From Octopus vulgaris (taxonomy: Eukaryota), in contig OX597833.1 in NCBI GenBank assembly GCA_951406725.2, forward strand, positions 11,656,001 through 11,720,000: 64,000 nucleotides of DNA, written 5' to 3'. The notes beneath the pieces were generated by a model that was given only the letters and a program-made list of their open reading frames with translations, searched no databases and was not told the origin of the DNA. Below are positions 13,074-35,915 of this stretch, piece after piece. Position numbers and translations under genes: made by a program. Position 1 is the first letter of the stretch, and every line of letters starts with the position of its first letter.

Positions 13074-13555
13074 TATGGTGATAGTTTTCGTTGGTACGTG
13101 ATATTGCGCTTTCGTTCAACAATTCATCGAATATGAGATCCAAACAGAAGGTCTCAACCTAGTTATTTGCCGCCTATCTTATCATAAATCTATGAACCAA
13201 TGAGACTGTTAGAACTGAAAATGTGGGTGTGAACTTATTTGACTGGTTTAATTATTGGATAGAAATGGCTTGCTGACGTGGCACGTTACTTGCGAAAATA
13301 TTTTGATGACATTGGCATAAACTTGTAAAATGAGACCAAGGTTTCAGTTTAAAGGCGGATTATGATTTATTTCCGAATGGTTTTATTATTTGCTTTTTGT
13401 GGAAACCTGTCGACGAAGCAGTTTTGATATTCAGTGAGGGAACTACTTTGTGTACGAAATATAACTTATTGCCGTCCACTGTTATTCGAAGTTTGATCCT
13501 AACATCTTCAGAATAAAATTTCATTCCAGATAATAAATTTACTTACTGTTTATTA
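12660..13555. repeat. Exon 1 plus upstream block duplicated at about 29015-29915
   Basis: Near-identical sequence including exon 1 and about 480 bp upstream of the ATG. Confidence 0.85.
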
Positions 13556-14150
13556 ACAGTGTGTGTTTGTTCGTGTGTGTGTGCGTGCGTGTATGTATGT
13601 GTGTGTATGTGTGTATGTGTCTGTGTATGTGTGTCACACACACACATACATACATACACACATACACACATACACACACATACATGCACGCACATATACG
13701 TATTCCTATGTGTGCGTGTGTGTGTGTTTGTATGTGTCTGTTTCTGTGCGTGTGTGTAAGTGTACATCTAGATATAATACTTAACACTAATATTAATAGG
13801 GCTAAACGTTGCAGCGACAGGGCATGGCCATGCTAGAACCCCACCATTAGATTTTTTCATTACGCACTTATTTCCCTCTCCAGGATTATGTCTGGTGAAA
13901 GAGCGATCGGACAGGAGTACAATTCCACTCTTCTTTGTGTTTCCTTGGGATGTGTGTATATGTATATATACATATATATACCTATATGTACATATGTATA
14001 TATATATTTATATAATGATAGATAGATAGATAGATAGATAGATAGAGCGAGAGAGAGATAGAGAGAGATATGTATGTATATACATACGTAACTATATATG
14101 TGTGTGTGTATATATGATATGTATATATATATATATATATATGTGTGTGT

Positions 14151-14425
14151 GGAGGCACAATGGCCCAGTGGTCGTGGGATCGGTGTTTCGATTCCCAGAC
14201 CGAGCGTTGTGTGTGTTTATTGAGCGAAAAACCCCTAAAGCTCCACGAGGCTCCGGCAGGGGTTGGTCGCGATCCCTGCTGTACTCTTTCGCCAAGACTT
14301 TCTCTCACTCTTTCTTCTGTTGACCTGCTCGCTTTGCCAGCGGGGTGGAGTCTTTTGGAGGCTAAAACAATGCGAAGCGCATTGTGACGAGCGATGTGTA
14401 GAAATATCTGGTCGGTCACGGTGAT
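14151..14425 (+). mobile_element. tRNA-derived SINE
   Basis: GGAGGCACAATGGCCCAGTGG (A box) and TTTCGATTCCC (B box); homologous to 24199-24496 and 49681-50056. Confidence 0.75.
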
Positions 14426-14575
14426 ATATGTATATATATATATATATATATATCAACAATCAAGGAACGGCCATAATAGGCCATTCACCCACTAGAAATA
14501 ACAGCCAAAAGCTTTAACCGCAAAATAACGTCAATTCCGTAAACCAGGAGAAAATTGAAAAACATTTACCCTGTA

Positions 14576-14682
14576 ATTTCTTAGACGATGCACCGTTTCA
14601 TCTTCTGTTTAATGGAAAACTAACCTGATTAAATTAAATCAAGCCAATCTACCATAGGCCCTTAGATTCATCAGTAAGAAAT
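14576..14682 (-). ncRNA. Type I hammerhead ribozyme (mirror copy in the left palindrome arm)
   Basis: Reverse complement of 14811-14916. Confidence 0.78.
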
Positions 14683-14810
14683 AGCCAAACCGGAACAGAT
14701 ATTTTTCACGAGGCATTCTCATTGCTACCTCGTCAATATCTGACCTAAAATTTTCAAATCGTCGCACTCAATGAGAATGCCTCGTGAAAAATATCTGTTC
14801 CGGTTTGGCT

Positions 14811-14916
14811 ATTTCTTACTGATGAATCTAAGGGCCTATGTAGATTGGCTTGATTTAATTTAATCAGGTTAGTTTTCCATTAAACAGAAGATGAAACGGT
14901 GCATCGTCTAAGAAAT
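14811..14916 (+). ncRNA. Type I hammerhead ribozyme, intact core, long stem II
   Basis: ATTTCTTA-CTGATGA-ATCT..AGAT-GAAAC-GGTGCATC-GTC|TAAGAAAT: perfect 8-bp stem I; predicted cleavage after 14908. Confidence 0.8.
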
Positions 14917-15138
14917 TACAGGGTAAATGTTTTTCAATTTTCTCCTGGTTTACGGAATTGACGTTATTTTGCGGTTAAAGCTTTTGGCTGTTATTTCTAG
15001 TGGGTGAATGGCCTATTATGGCCGTTCCTTGATTGTTGATGTTGAACTTAAAAATGGTTTATGACTATTTAATTTTTTCCCACTAGGCCGCTGGTGGCAA
15101 AAGAATTCTACAAAATTTTTTTTGCCACCCTATATTGA

Positions 15139-15169
<31 letters not shown>

Positions 15170-15286
15170 ATTATAATAAGGATTTTTGGCAACAAGTTGC
15201 TTAAACCACATACAGAAAATATTAGAAATAGCAGTCAAAGGCCTACCATTTCTATTACAACAATGAAATTTCTATTACACACACTG

Positions 15287-15328
<42 letters not shown>

Positions 15329-15385
15329 ACATACACACACACACACACTGACACACACATACACACACTGACATACACACACACA

Positions 15386-15446
<61 letters not shown>

Positions 15447-16162
15447 ACACACACAGACACACATACAAACATACCAACACAAACACACAGACACTGACAC
15501 ACACACACATACACTGTCACACACACATACACTGACACACACACACACACTGACACATACACACACACAATGATACAAACACACACACACACACACACAT
15601 ACTGACACACACACACACACACACACAAATATGCCGGAAACTTCGGGAACGTACAAGCGACCGCAGTTCCTAACATCTTCATAATAAAATTTCATTCGAG
15701 ATAATAAATTTACTTACTGCTTATTAACAGTGTGTGTTTGTTCGTGTGTGTGTGCGTGCGTGTATGTATGTGTGTGTATGTGTGTATGCGTCTGTGTATG
15801 TGTGTCACACACACACATACACACATACACACACATACATGCACGCACATATACGTATTCCTATGTGTGCGTGTGTGTGTGTTTGCATGTGTCTGTTTCT
15901 GTGCGTGTGTGTAAGTGTACATCTAGATATAATACTTAACACTAATATTAATAGGGCTAAACGTTGCAGCGACAGGGCATGGCCATGCTGGAACCCCACC
16001 ATTAGATTTTTTTCATTACGCACTTATTTCCCTCTCCAGGATTATGTCTGGTGAAAGAGCGATCGGACAGGAGTACAATTCCACTCTTCTCTGTGTTTCC
16101 TTGGGATGTGTGTATATGTATATATACATATATATACCTATATATACATATGTATATATATA

Positions 16163-16220
<58 letters not shown>

Positions 16221-18250
16221 TAATAAGGATTTTTGGCAACAAGTTGCTTAAACCACATGCCGAAAATATTAGAAATAGCAGTCAAATGCCTACCATTTCT
16301 ATTACAACAATGTAATTTCTATTACACACACTGACATACACACACACACACATTGACACACACATACACACACTGACATACACACACACAGACACTTACA
16401 CACACACTGACACACACACAGTGACAGTCACACTAACACACACACACACAAACACACACACACTGACACACACGCACACACTGACACACACACACACAAA
16501 CACGCACACACACACTGACACACACACAATATGACAAACGCACACTGACACATACACACACACACACACAAATATGCCGAAAAATGCGGGCACATACGAG
16601 CGACCGCAGTTCCTGTTGGGGCACAAGGTTGAAGTCAACTCCTCTAGCGAAGTATTTATCAAAGAGAAATACCGAAGGTAGGTAACTCACGACAGACTCC
16701 AGCCTGGCGCTCTAATGGCGTCACTTACTCGTTGTTGTTGACTATGTTTAAGTTAAAGCTATGGCTTTAAGTTTGTCCAGATATTCCCTTCTTCGGTATT
16801 TTCTTTTGATAACGGCTGAACTGGAACCCGATAGGGAGCAGCACTGGACTGATATGCTGTTTTTGCAGCTTTTTGCACTGAATTTGCCTTTAGAGTTTGA
16901 AATATGCCATTAGCACATTTTAACGAACCTAAACATTGCTTATGCCTAATACTGAGCGCTAATACTGTTCACTGGAAACGCCATGTTGAATGTTTCCATA
17001 TATTCATTTGTCAATTTGCATTTCGTGCTTTCATATTACTTAATTATTATTCTTTTTCTCTAGCTTTTTCACAATCGAGCATTCTTATGGCACGCAATTA
17101 ATCGGACAAAAAACGTGCTGCCACCCACAGATCCCTCTTTCCACGGATACCTTCGTTTATCTGGCAGCCATTCTACAAACTCCCACATACAAGGAGCAAT
17201 CATGCTGGGTAGAGTGTGAAAGACTCAACATGCTGCACTGATTCCACCTAATGTATATTTTATAAGTCGTCTTCCTTTCCTTACTAAGTCGTTTATGTGT
17301 GTTACAGTAATTGTATGCATGTATCTCGAAGCAAGTTCCCCTTCTGCTAGTTTGATAGTTTTATGTTACAGACGGAGATAATTTGTTGAACTTGATGTTT
17401 TGTGGTGTTGCTGTAGATTCGGTTGATGCTGTTCCTGAAGTGTACTCATATTTCTTGGTGGTTTCATATTTTATTTTGGCACATCAGTGTTCAGGGAACG
17501 ATGAGAGGCTGCGTGTGTAATGTGGCGCGAGGCAGTGTGTGTGTGATTTTTGTAGAAAGGAGAGAATATGTGAATGTAGGTTGGAAATAGTTAATCGTGG
17601 GGCGTGTACTTGTACCCTTGTCGAAAGTGTTTCGTGAAAACTTCAATGTGTTAGTAACTTGACAAGTAGTTAGGTAGTCAACATTTTGTGGTATTTCTTC
17701 AGTGGATATCAAATATCCTTTATTTGGTAATATCAGCAATTGGATTGCAGAGATTTCATCGCATCGATTGTAGTTACAATGATACGTATGGGAGTATTTT
17801 TTTATTAACCCATCATGATTTAGTGATGTTAGTTATAAGCTTTTATCGTGTTTTCTGAAGATTGATCATGAAAGGGGGATTTATTTGTACGGAGGTGTTT
17901 CATTTGGGGATTGTTTTCATTTTAAGACGGAATACAACACACATTTAAACGAATCATCATTTTATTTCAACTTTTAAATTTGATAAACTGAACCTCATAC
18001 AATGCATTCTAGAATCATTGCCTGAGGATTACATCCTTCTGTTAAGCTATTTGTCACATTCTATGATGTCTCTGTTGTTTGGTTTAGAATACTTTCTGAA
18101 AACTTGTAGCAGCAATTTATTTAACGACATATATTAGTTGGATAGAATATTGCAAAACACAATTAAAAGAAACGTATATGTTGCTTTATTATATTATCTT
18201 TTAGGATTCGCCGACATAAATTTTCATATGGAACTGAATTTAATTTCTAT

Positions 18251-29402
<11,152 letters not shown>

Positions 29403-29914
29403 TATGGTGATAGTTGTCGTTGGTACGTGATATTGCGCTTTCGTTCAACAATTCATCGAAAATGAGATCTAAACAGAAGGTCTCAACCTATTTATTTACC
29501 GAGCACAGAATCTCTCGGCTCTGCCGTCAATCGTATCATAAATCTATGAACCAATGAGACTGCTAGAACTGAATATGTGGGTGTGAACTTATTTGACTGG
29601 TGTAATTATTGGATAGAAATGGCTTGCTGATGTGGCACATTACTTGCGAAAATATTTTGATGACATTGGCATAAAATTGTAAGATGAGACCAAGGTTTCA
29701 GTTTAAGGGCGGATTATGATTTATTTCCGAATGGTTTTATTATTTGCTTTTTGTGGAAACCTGTCGACGAAGCAGTTTTGATATTCAGTGAGGGAACTAC
29801 TTTGTGTACGATATATAACTTATTGCCGTCCACTGTTATTCGAAGTTTGTTCCTAACATCTTCAGAATAAAATTTCATTCCAGATAATAAATTTACTTAC
29901 TGTTAATATAATTA

Positions 29915-30012
<98 letters not shown>

Positions 30013-30404
30013 TCACGTAAGAAATTTTTGATATATTTAATAAAAATTTCTTGTGTGACACACACACATACACACGCGCACACACACACACATACAGACA
30101 TACACACACAAACATATGCACACACACAGGCACAAACAAACACACACACAGAAACATATGCACACACATATACACAAACAAACAAACGCACACACACACA
30201 CTCGCACAAACACACTAACACACACACGCAGAAACACACACAAACACACACGCACACAAACATATTTCACACACATACACACACAAACAAACACACACAC
30301 GTATACACTTAGGACACACACCTATACATACATATAGATATTCTGTATGTATATATATATTCTTCAATGCTTTTCTTTTATTCCTTTACATTTTGAATGC
30401 GCCT

Positions 30405-30550
30405 ATGCTGGGGCACCGCATTTAATCGAAGAAATCGGCCACATAACTCATTCTTTATAAGCCTAGCACTTATTTTATCGTTCTCTTTGTCGAACCGCTA
30501 CGTTGCTGGGACGTAAACACACCAACGTCAGCTGTCAAATGATGGTTGGG
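30405..30550 (-). mobile_element. SINE fragment
   Basis: atgctggggcaccgc..acttattttatcg..tttgtcgaaccgcta.gtt.c.gggacgtaaacacacc; the atgctggggcaccgc part recurs at about 47064. Confidence 0.5.
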
Positions 30551-31026
30551 GAAATTTTACATGTACATATTTATGTATATATATAAAAGAAACCCGTCAT
30601 TTATATATAATTTAAAATGGGGGTAAGTAATTGGATATTAATTTAATTAACATCAATTTAACAGCAGTGGTCTAGCATATTAAAATCTGAAGCTTCTGTA
30701 GTTTGTATTATATACATATGAGAGGGAAGACCACTATGTGGACATCTCTTATGCTAGAAGTTGATCCGCTATGGTCTGACCACCAAGAAATCTTCTCAAG
30801 AAAAATTCTTCTAAGTGGATTTGGTAGACGGAAACAGAAAGGGGCCCAACGTGTATATATATATATAAAGAGCGACAGAATATGTACTAAGCTTACAAAT
30901 AATAATTCCTGGGCTCGATCTCTTCGAGCAAAAGCATTGCTCCAGCATGTCCGCGGTGAAATGACTGAAACATGTAAAAGAATAAAATAAAAGAATATAT
31001 ACATGCATGCATATATATAAATATAA

Positions 31027-31091
<65 letters not shown>

Positions 31092-31110
31092 GGGGGGGGG
31101 GTGTTTGTGT

Positions 31111-31340
31111 GGAGGCGCGTGGCTTAGTTGTTTGGGTGTCGGCATCATGATCGTAAGATTGTTGTTTCGATCCATGTGCCGGGCGACGCGTTGTGTTCTT
31201 GAGCAAAACTTTTCATTTCACGTTGCTCCATTCCTCTCCTCTGGCAAAAATGAATAAGGCTGCGATGTATTGGCGGAACACATACGCCATTAAAACCGGA
31301 AAACCGGGCCCATGACCTTGGCTAGGCTTTAAAAGAGTGC
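31111..31340 (+). mobile_element. tRNA-derived SINE (second family)
   Basis: GGAGGCGCGTGGCTTAGT head, GTTTCGATCC B-box-like motif, gttgtgttcttgagcaaaac body. Confidence 0.6.
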
Positions 31341-31352
31341 ATTTACTATTTC

Positions 31353-31425
<73 letters not shown>

Positions 31426-31805
31426 CCACATATCATTACCCACACACACTCACACATTCTTTAATAGCAGTACCACACCTGCTCTTTTACAAGCATTCAC
31501 ACATACACTCAACCTCATGCTCACTCCGACACCCACACAAACACATGATACCTGAAAATAGACAACATATACACACACGCGCAACATACATAAACACGCG
31601 CAACCTGCACAGACACAGGTGACTTTCGCCCACAATGCATACACAATACACCATACACATGCACACTCTCTGGTTATAGACACATACATACACAGGTACA
31701 CGCACCGCCTGAAAAAGCACACATCATATGCTACACGCAGCACGCACACGTTAGCCCCATTCATACGTCCATACGCATACTCACACAGATATTCACACAC
31801 ACACA

Positions 31806-31838
<33 letters not shown>

Positions 31839-32175
31839 TCGCCCTCACCTACCTACTCACACGCTGCCATTCACATATACACACTCACACGCACCATTCA
31901 CACACGCTTGCGCACCTTAGTTCGTTTGGATCATAGTTACACTTGCCATTTTCATATACACTCAACAGATTAGACTTTTGGTAAAGAAATAGTCCTAACA
32001 TCGGGTTATAAGGAACCTTCGATCTCAAGAACCCTCCTACCCGGCTACAACAAGTAACCTTATAAAACAGTTTTCTGAAGCTGTACGAAACAGTGTTTCA
32101 TGCCTTTTTTCCTCTCTCCAGCTCTTCAGATCTTTCGGGATAGTCAACTATCTAGACAATTTCTATTCTCTTTAT

Positions 32176-32190
32176 CTACTACTACTACTG

Positions 32191-32237
<47 letters not shown>

Positions 32238-32440
32238 GCTACTACTACTACTACTACTACTACTACTGCTACTACTACTATAAATACTACTACTACTACA
32301 ATTAATATTACTACAACTACTACTACTGCTGCTGTACTACTACTATTTCTACTACTACTACTACTACTACTACTACTGCTACTACTAATACTACTACCAC
32401 TACTACTACTGCTGCTACAACTACAACCACTACTACTAGT
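32176..32440. repeat. (CTA)n microsatellite
   Basis: Directly visible. Confidence 0.95.
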
Positions 32441-32444
32441 ATTA

Positions 32445-33170
32445 CCAATTCATGCTTTCTAGCTTCTTTTACAGTGTCAGTCTGAATATTAAAGTCCCAC
32501 AATATTTTATATCTCTTACATTCTGGTACTGTACTAGGTTCATGTCCATATCAGTTATCAGTACGTTCAAATCCTAACTTTCTACATCGCTCCCAATGGA
32601 TTACGCCCCTAGATAGACATGTCTTTTCTTCTATTCTTTCTCTGCCAGCATGCTAATTTCACTTACTATATGTGTAACGCTTTTCTCCGTTGATTTCCCT
32701 AAACTACATTGGGAATCCATTTTGTTTCTGTCTATCTTGGCTTTTATCAAATTAGTCCTTAATGATTGATCTTATGCTGCTACTGACAAACATTGTCTCC
32801 CGCACCAGCTTTCGTTTCTGCAAACATCACCATGTCTCACTACTACAATTTGCTCCAACTATATTTGTGAATCTACCATGCAATGCCTTCTACCAATTAG
32901 ATAATTTCTGTCAATTTTACTCGTTTTTTGTGTCCTTATATTTTGTGACACTAGCAGCTTTTAATAAACTTTCTTCACTCTTACATATATAGGAGTCTAT
33001 ATCTAATCTAGCTAACTCCACAAAGTCTCCTACTGATATTAACCCTCTTCCGCCTTCCTTTCTATGTAAGTACAATCTTGCTACCCCTGCCTTCGGGTGG
33101 AGTCATCCGTTCATATTGGATTCCTTCCTACATCTTCTCTCTCCCGTTGCTAATTCAGATTTTGTCTCAT
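32445..33170 (-). mobile_element. Degenerate R4/Dong-type LINE fragment
   Basis: Minus-strand remnants [23 protein letters not shown] and IHWERCRKLG..YGHEP..KILWDFNIQTD, homologous to the elements at 50-58 kb. Confidence 0.7.
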
Positions 33171-33217
33171 CTACAAAAGCTGCTGAGTAATGTGACTGCC
33201 CGAGCATTTACAGAGAG

Positions 33218-33312
<95 letters not shown>

Positions 33313-33396
33313 ATGTATATATATGTATATATATATATATATATATACATATATGTATGTATGTATGTATATATGTAAATGTATGTATATATGTAA

Positions 33397-33433
<37 letters not shown>

Positions 33434-33441
33434 TCTATCTA

Positions 33442-33476
<35 letters not shown>

Positions 33477-33515
33477 CTATATCTTGGTAAGCTTTGCAAA
33501 TTTTACATTTCTGTA

Positions 33516-33567
<52 letters not shown>

Positions 33568-33877
33568 TTAATAATAATAATATTTTACAAGCTTAAATCC
33601 GTGTATTTACAGCGAATCACTCGACGGAAAATGGGTCGGGTTTACTGTACGCATGGGACGCGAACCTATATGAGGTGTGGAATGGATATGTAAATATTGG
33701 CTAAAAATTGTTAATCAGACGAACAGTACTATGTCACGAATACATAGATGTGTGGGTTCCATGCCTACGGCGAATCCTACGTTTTTCCTTCGAGGGGTCA
33801 TATGCCTCACTATTAGACTATTTACTTTAGTCTTAAAATATGGATATTTACGACATATACATACATACATACATACA

Positions 33878-33961
<84 letters not shown>

Positions 33962-34813
33962 GTGTAATAATATATTCCTTATGTAGATATCGTTGTTTTT
34001 GTAATGATTTAATTATCGTAATTTTCTATATTATTAGATATTAAATTTAAGTTTATTCGTAAGATATTACTTAGCGATAGATTTGTTGTTTGATTGCAAG
34101 TATACGAGGTGTCTAAAGTTAGGCTTTTGTGTACACATGTATTAATAGTATTAATTGTAGTTTTAAATTTCTTATAATCAAAATTAGATAAACTTTGATA
34201 AACTTAGATATGTTTGACTAAAGATTTGTCCAGGCGATGTCTAACTTAATAGCATAACTTAGTTATTGTCTTTTTAAATTGATATTCGCTAGTTATTCCC
34301 ATTGATAATTATATTTATAGTATTTATAGTATTTATTCGATACTATATAACTACGAATTGATTATTTCTATAAGTATTTTAGATAAGATTTCCGAAAGTT
34401 CGTTTTAGTTTGTTTGTATTTTTGAAATTAGCTATTTCATTTTTAAATATGAAAAGTTAATTTATTAGGTCGTTATTATATGTGCATATATTTATTTATA
34501 GAGATTATTTTAGATCTTAATTATAATATTTATATACATTTATATATTTTCTTTGATAATTTATATATAATAGTCATTTTTTCTAAATATTTATGTAATT
34601 AGATATAGACTATTACCGATATTAGATTACTGGTGGGTTTCTTACCTTATAAATAAAAATTAATATTTAACATTAAAATCGATTTTGATATAATCATAAT
34701 TGTTAAGTTTTAAGTTTCTAGTTTGATAATAGAGTTTATTATAAGTAAAATTATTATATTATTTATATCTTAAAAATATTGTTTTAATATTTCTGATTAT
34801 TTTTTAAATATTT

Positions 34814-34918
34814 CAATTAACCTGAAGATTGACTGTAACCATAACTCGAATTATTAATTGAATTTAAATTATTGTTATTCAAATTGGTACAGCCATGAAA
34901 CGATCGTAGTGTTTTAAT
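34814..34918 (+). ncRNA. Hammerhead-like motif (stem I degenerate) at the end of an AT-rich decayed element
   Basis: CTGAAGA 34822-34828, stem II TG.CTGTA.CC/GG.TACAG.CA, GAAAC-GATC-GTA 34897-34908. Confidence 0.6.
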
Positions 34919-35179
34919 CTTTATCTTTTATTAAACTTTTAATACTTTTGATATTTAAAAAATAAATTAATTAATTAATTATTTAAAATATATATATATA
35001 TAAAAATATACATACATACATATATATATATTTGTATATATATATAACATTTATAAGTTGAAATTATATAAATAATTTTTTATTTTTAACTTTTATATTT
35101 TTTAATTCATTTTATGTATTGGCTTATGTTTTTCACTATTTGATTTGCCTAATAGTGGTTTTATCTCTAATTTAATATA

Positions 35180-35247
<68 letters not shown>

Positions 35248-35376
35248 TAAAAAGAATTCCAACCTTGTCTGATTTTCACGTTTTATTTACAATCTTATAA
35301 TGATATATTATAAGATAATATATTATAATTGAATAAAATAAAATGAAATAGTAGAATGTTAAATATTCATTCTGAT

Positions 35377-35421
35377 TGAACTAGTACTTTCATGCATTGA
35401 ATTCTGCAATCTTCGGGTTCA
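35377..35421 (-). ncRNA. Minimal hammerhead motif (CCGAAGA core) in the Penelope 3' region
   Basis: Minus strand TGAAC-CCGAAGA-TTGCA(GAATTCAA)TGCAT-GAAAGTACTA-GTTCA; same strand as the ORF. Confidence 0.65.
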
Positions 35422-35915
35422 TGTAGTAGTGTTGACAGTCATGCTTCACAATTTTTGACTGTAGCAAGATGAGTGATTCTGTGCTATAAATACAGCTGGG
35501 TAGGCTCCAGAGTGCTAGGTTTTGCAAACTGTATTCTGACCAATCAGTGTGTAGTATCACTCAATTACTTAAGCTGATTGGTTGGTTGAGCTGATTGGTT
35601 TAGGCATCACGCTTTGTTGGACAGGTCAAGAGTCCTGTATCTTGACCCTGGCCGAAGCAGCAATTGTTGGGTTATTTTTAGAAATGTTGTAAATATCCTT
35701 TGTCAGAGATTTTTATATTTTTATATTTCAATTGTCATCATCATCATTGTCAGCACCTTAATTATTGTTGCTAGTGGTGATGGTGGTGGCAATAGAACTT
35801 TTAACCCTAAATAAGATAATTTTCCTGCTATCTTCGTCTTGATCACCTTTAGTATTGTTGTTGTTGTTAGTGGTCATGGTCGTAGCAGTGGAAGTAATAC
35901 CTCTAAGTATTATTA

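Larger units (their letters stand above)
14452..15040. repeat. Near-perfect palindrome (arms 14452-14724 / 14769-15040, 44-bp spacer); inverted Penelope pLTR
   Basis: Arms are reverse complements apart from a 1-nt indel; each arm contains the hammerhead; (TA)n lies directly left and about 100 bp right. Confidence 0.92.
13495..16610. repeat. Local direct duplication: A (13495-13995) / A' (15665-16165) and B (15150-15668) / B' (16200-16612)
   Basis: Near-identical unique segments between microsatellites; a truncated A also occurs at about 24975-25152. Confidence 0.8.

Noticed and set aside
12922-13143. [20 protein letters not shown] (and the 29251 and 48666 equivalents) as exon 1
   Set aside because: Alternative frame; the overlapping MDLAQLSRN frame has a conserved ATG, a hydrophobic anchor and the phase needed for exon 2.
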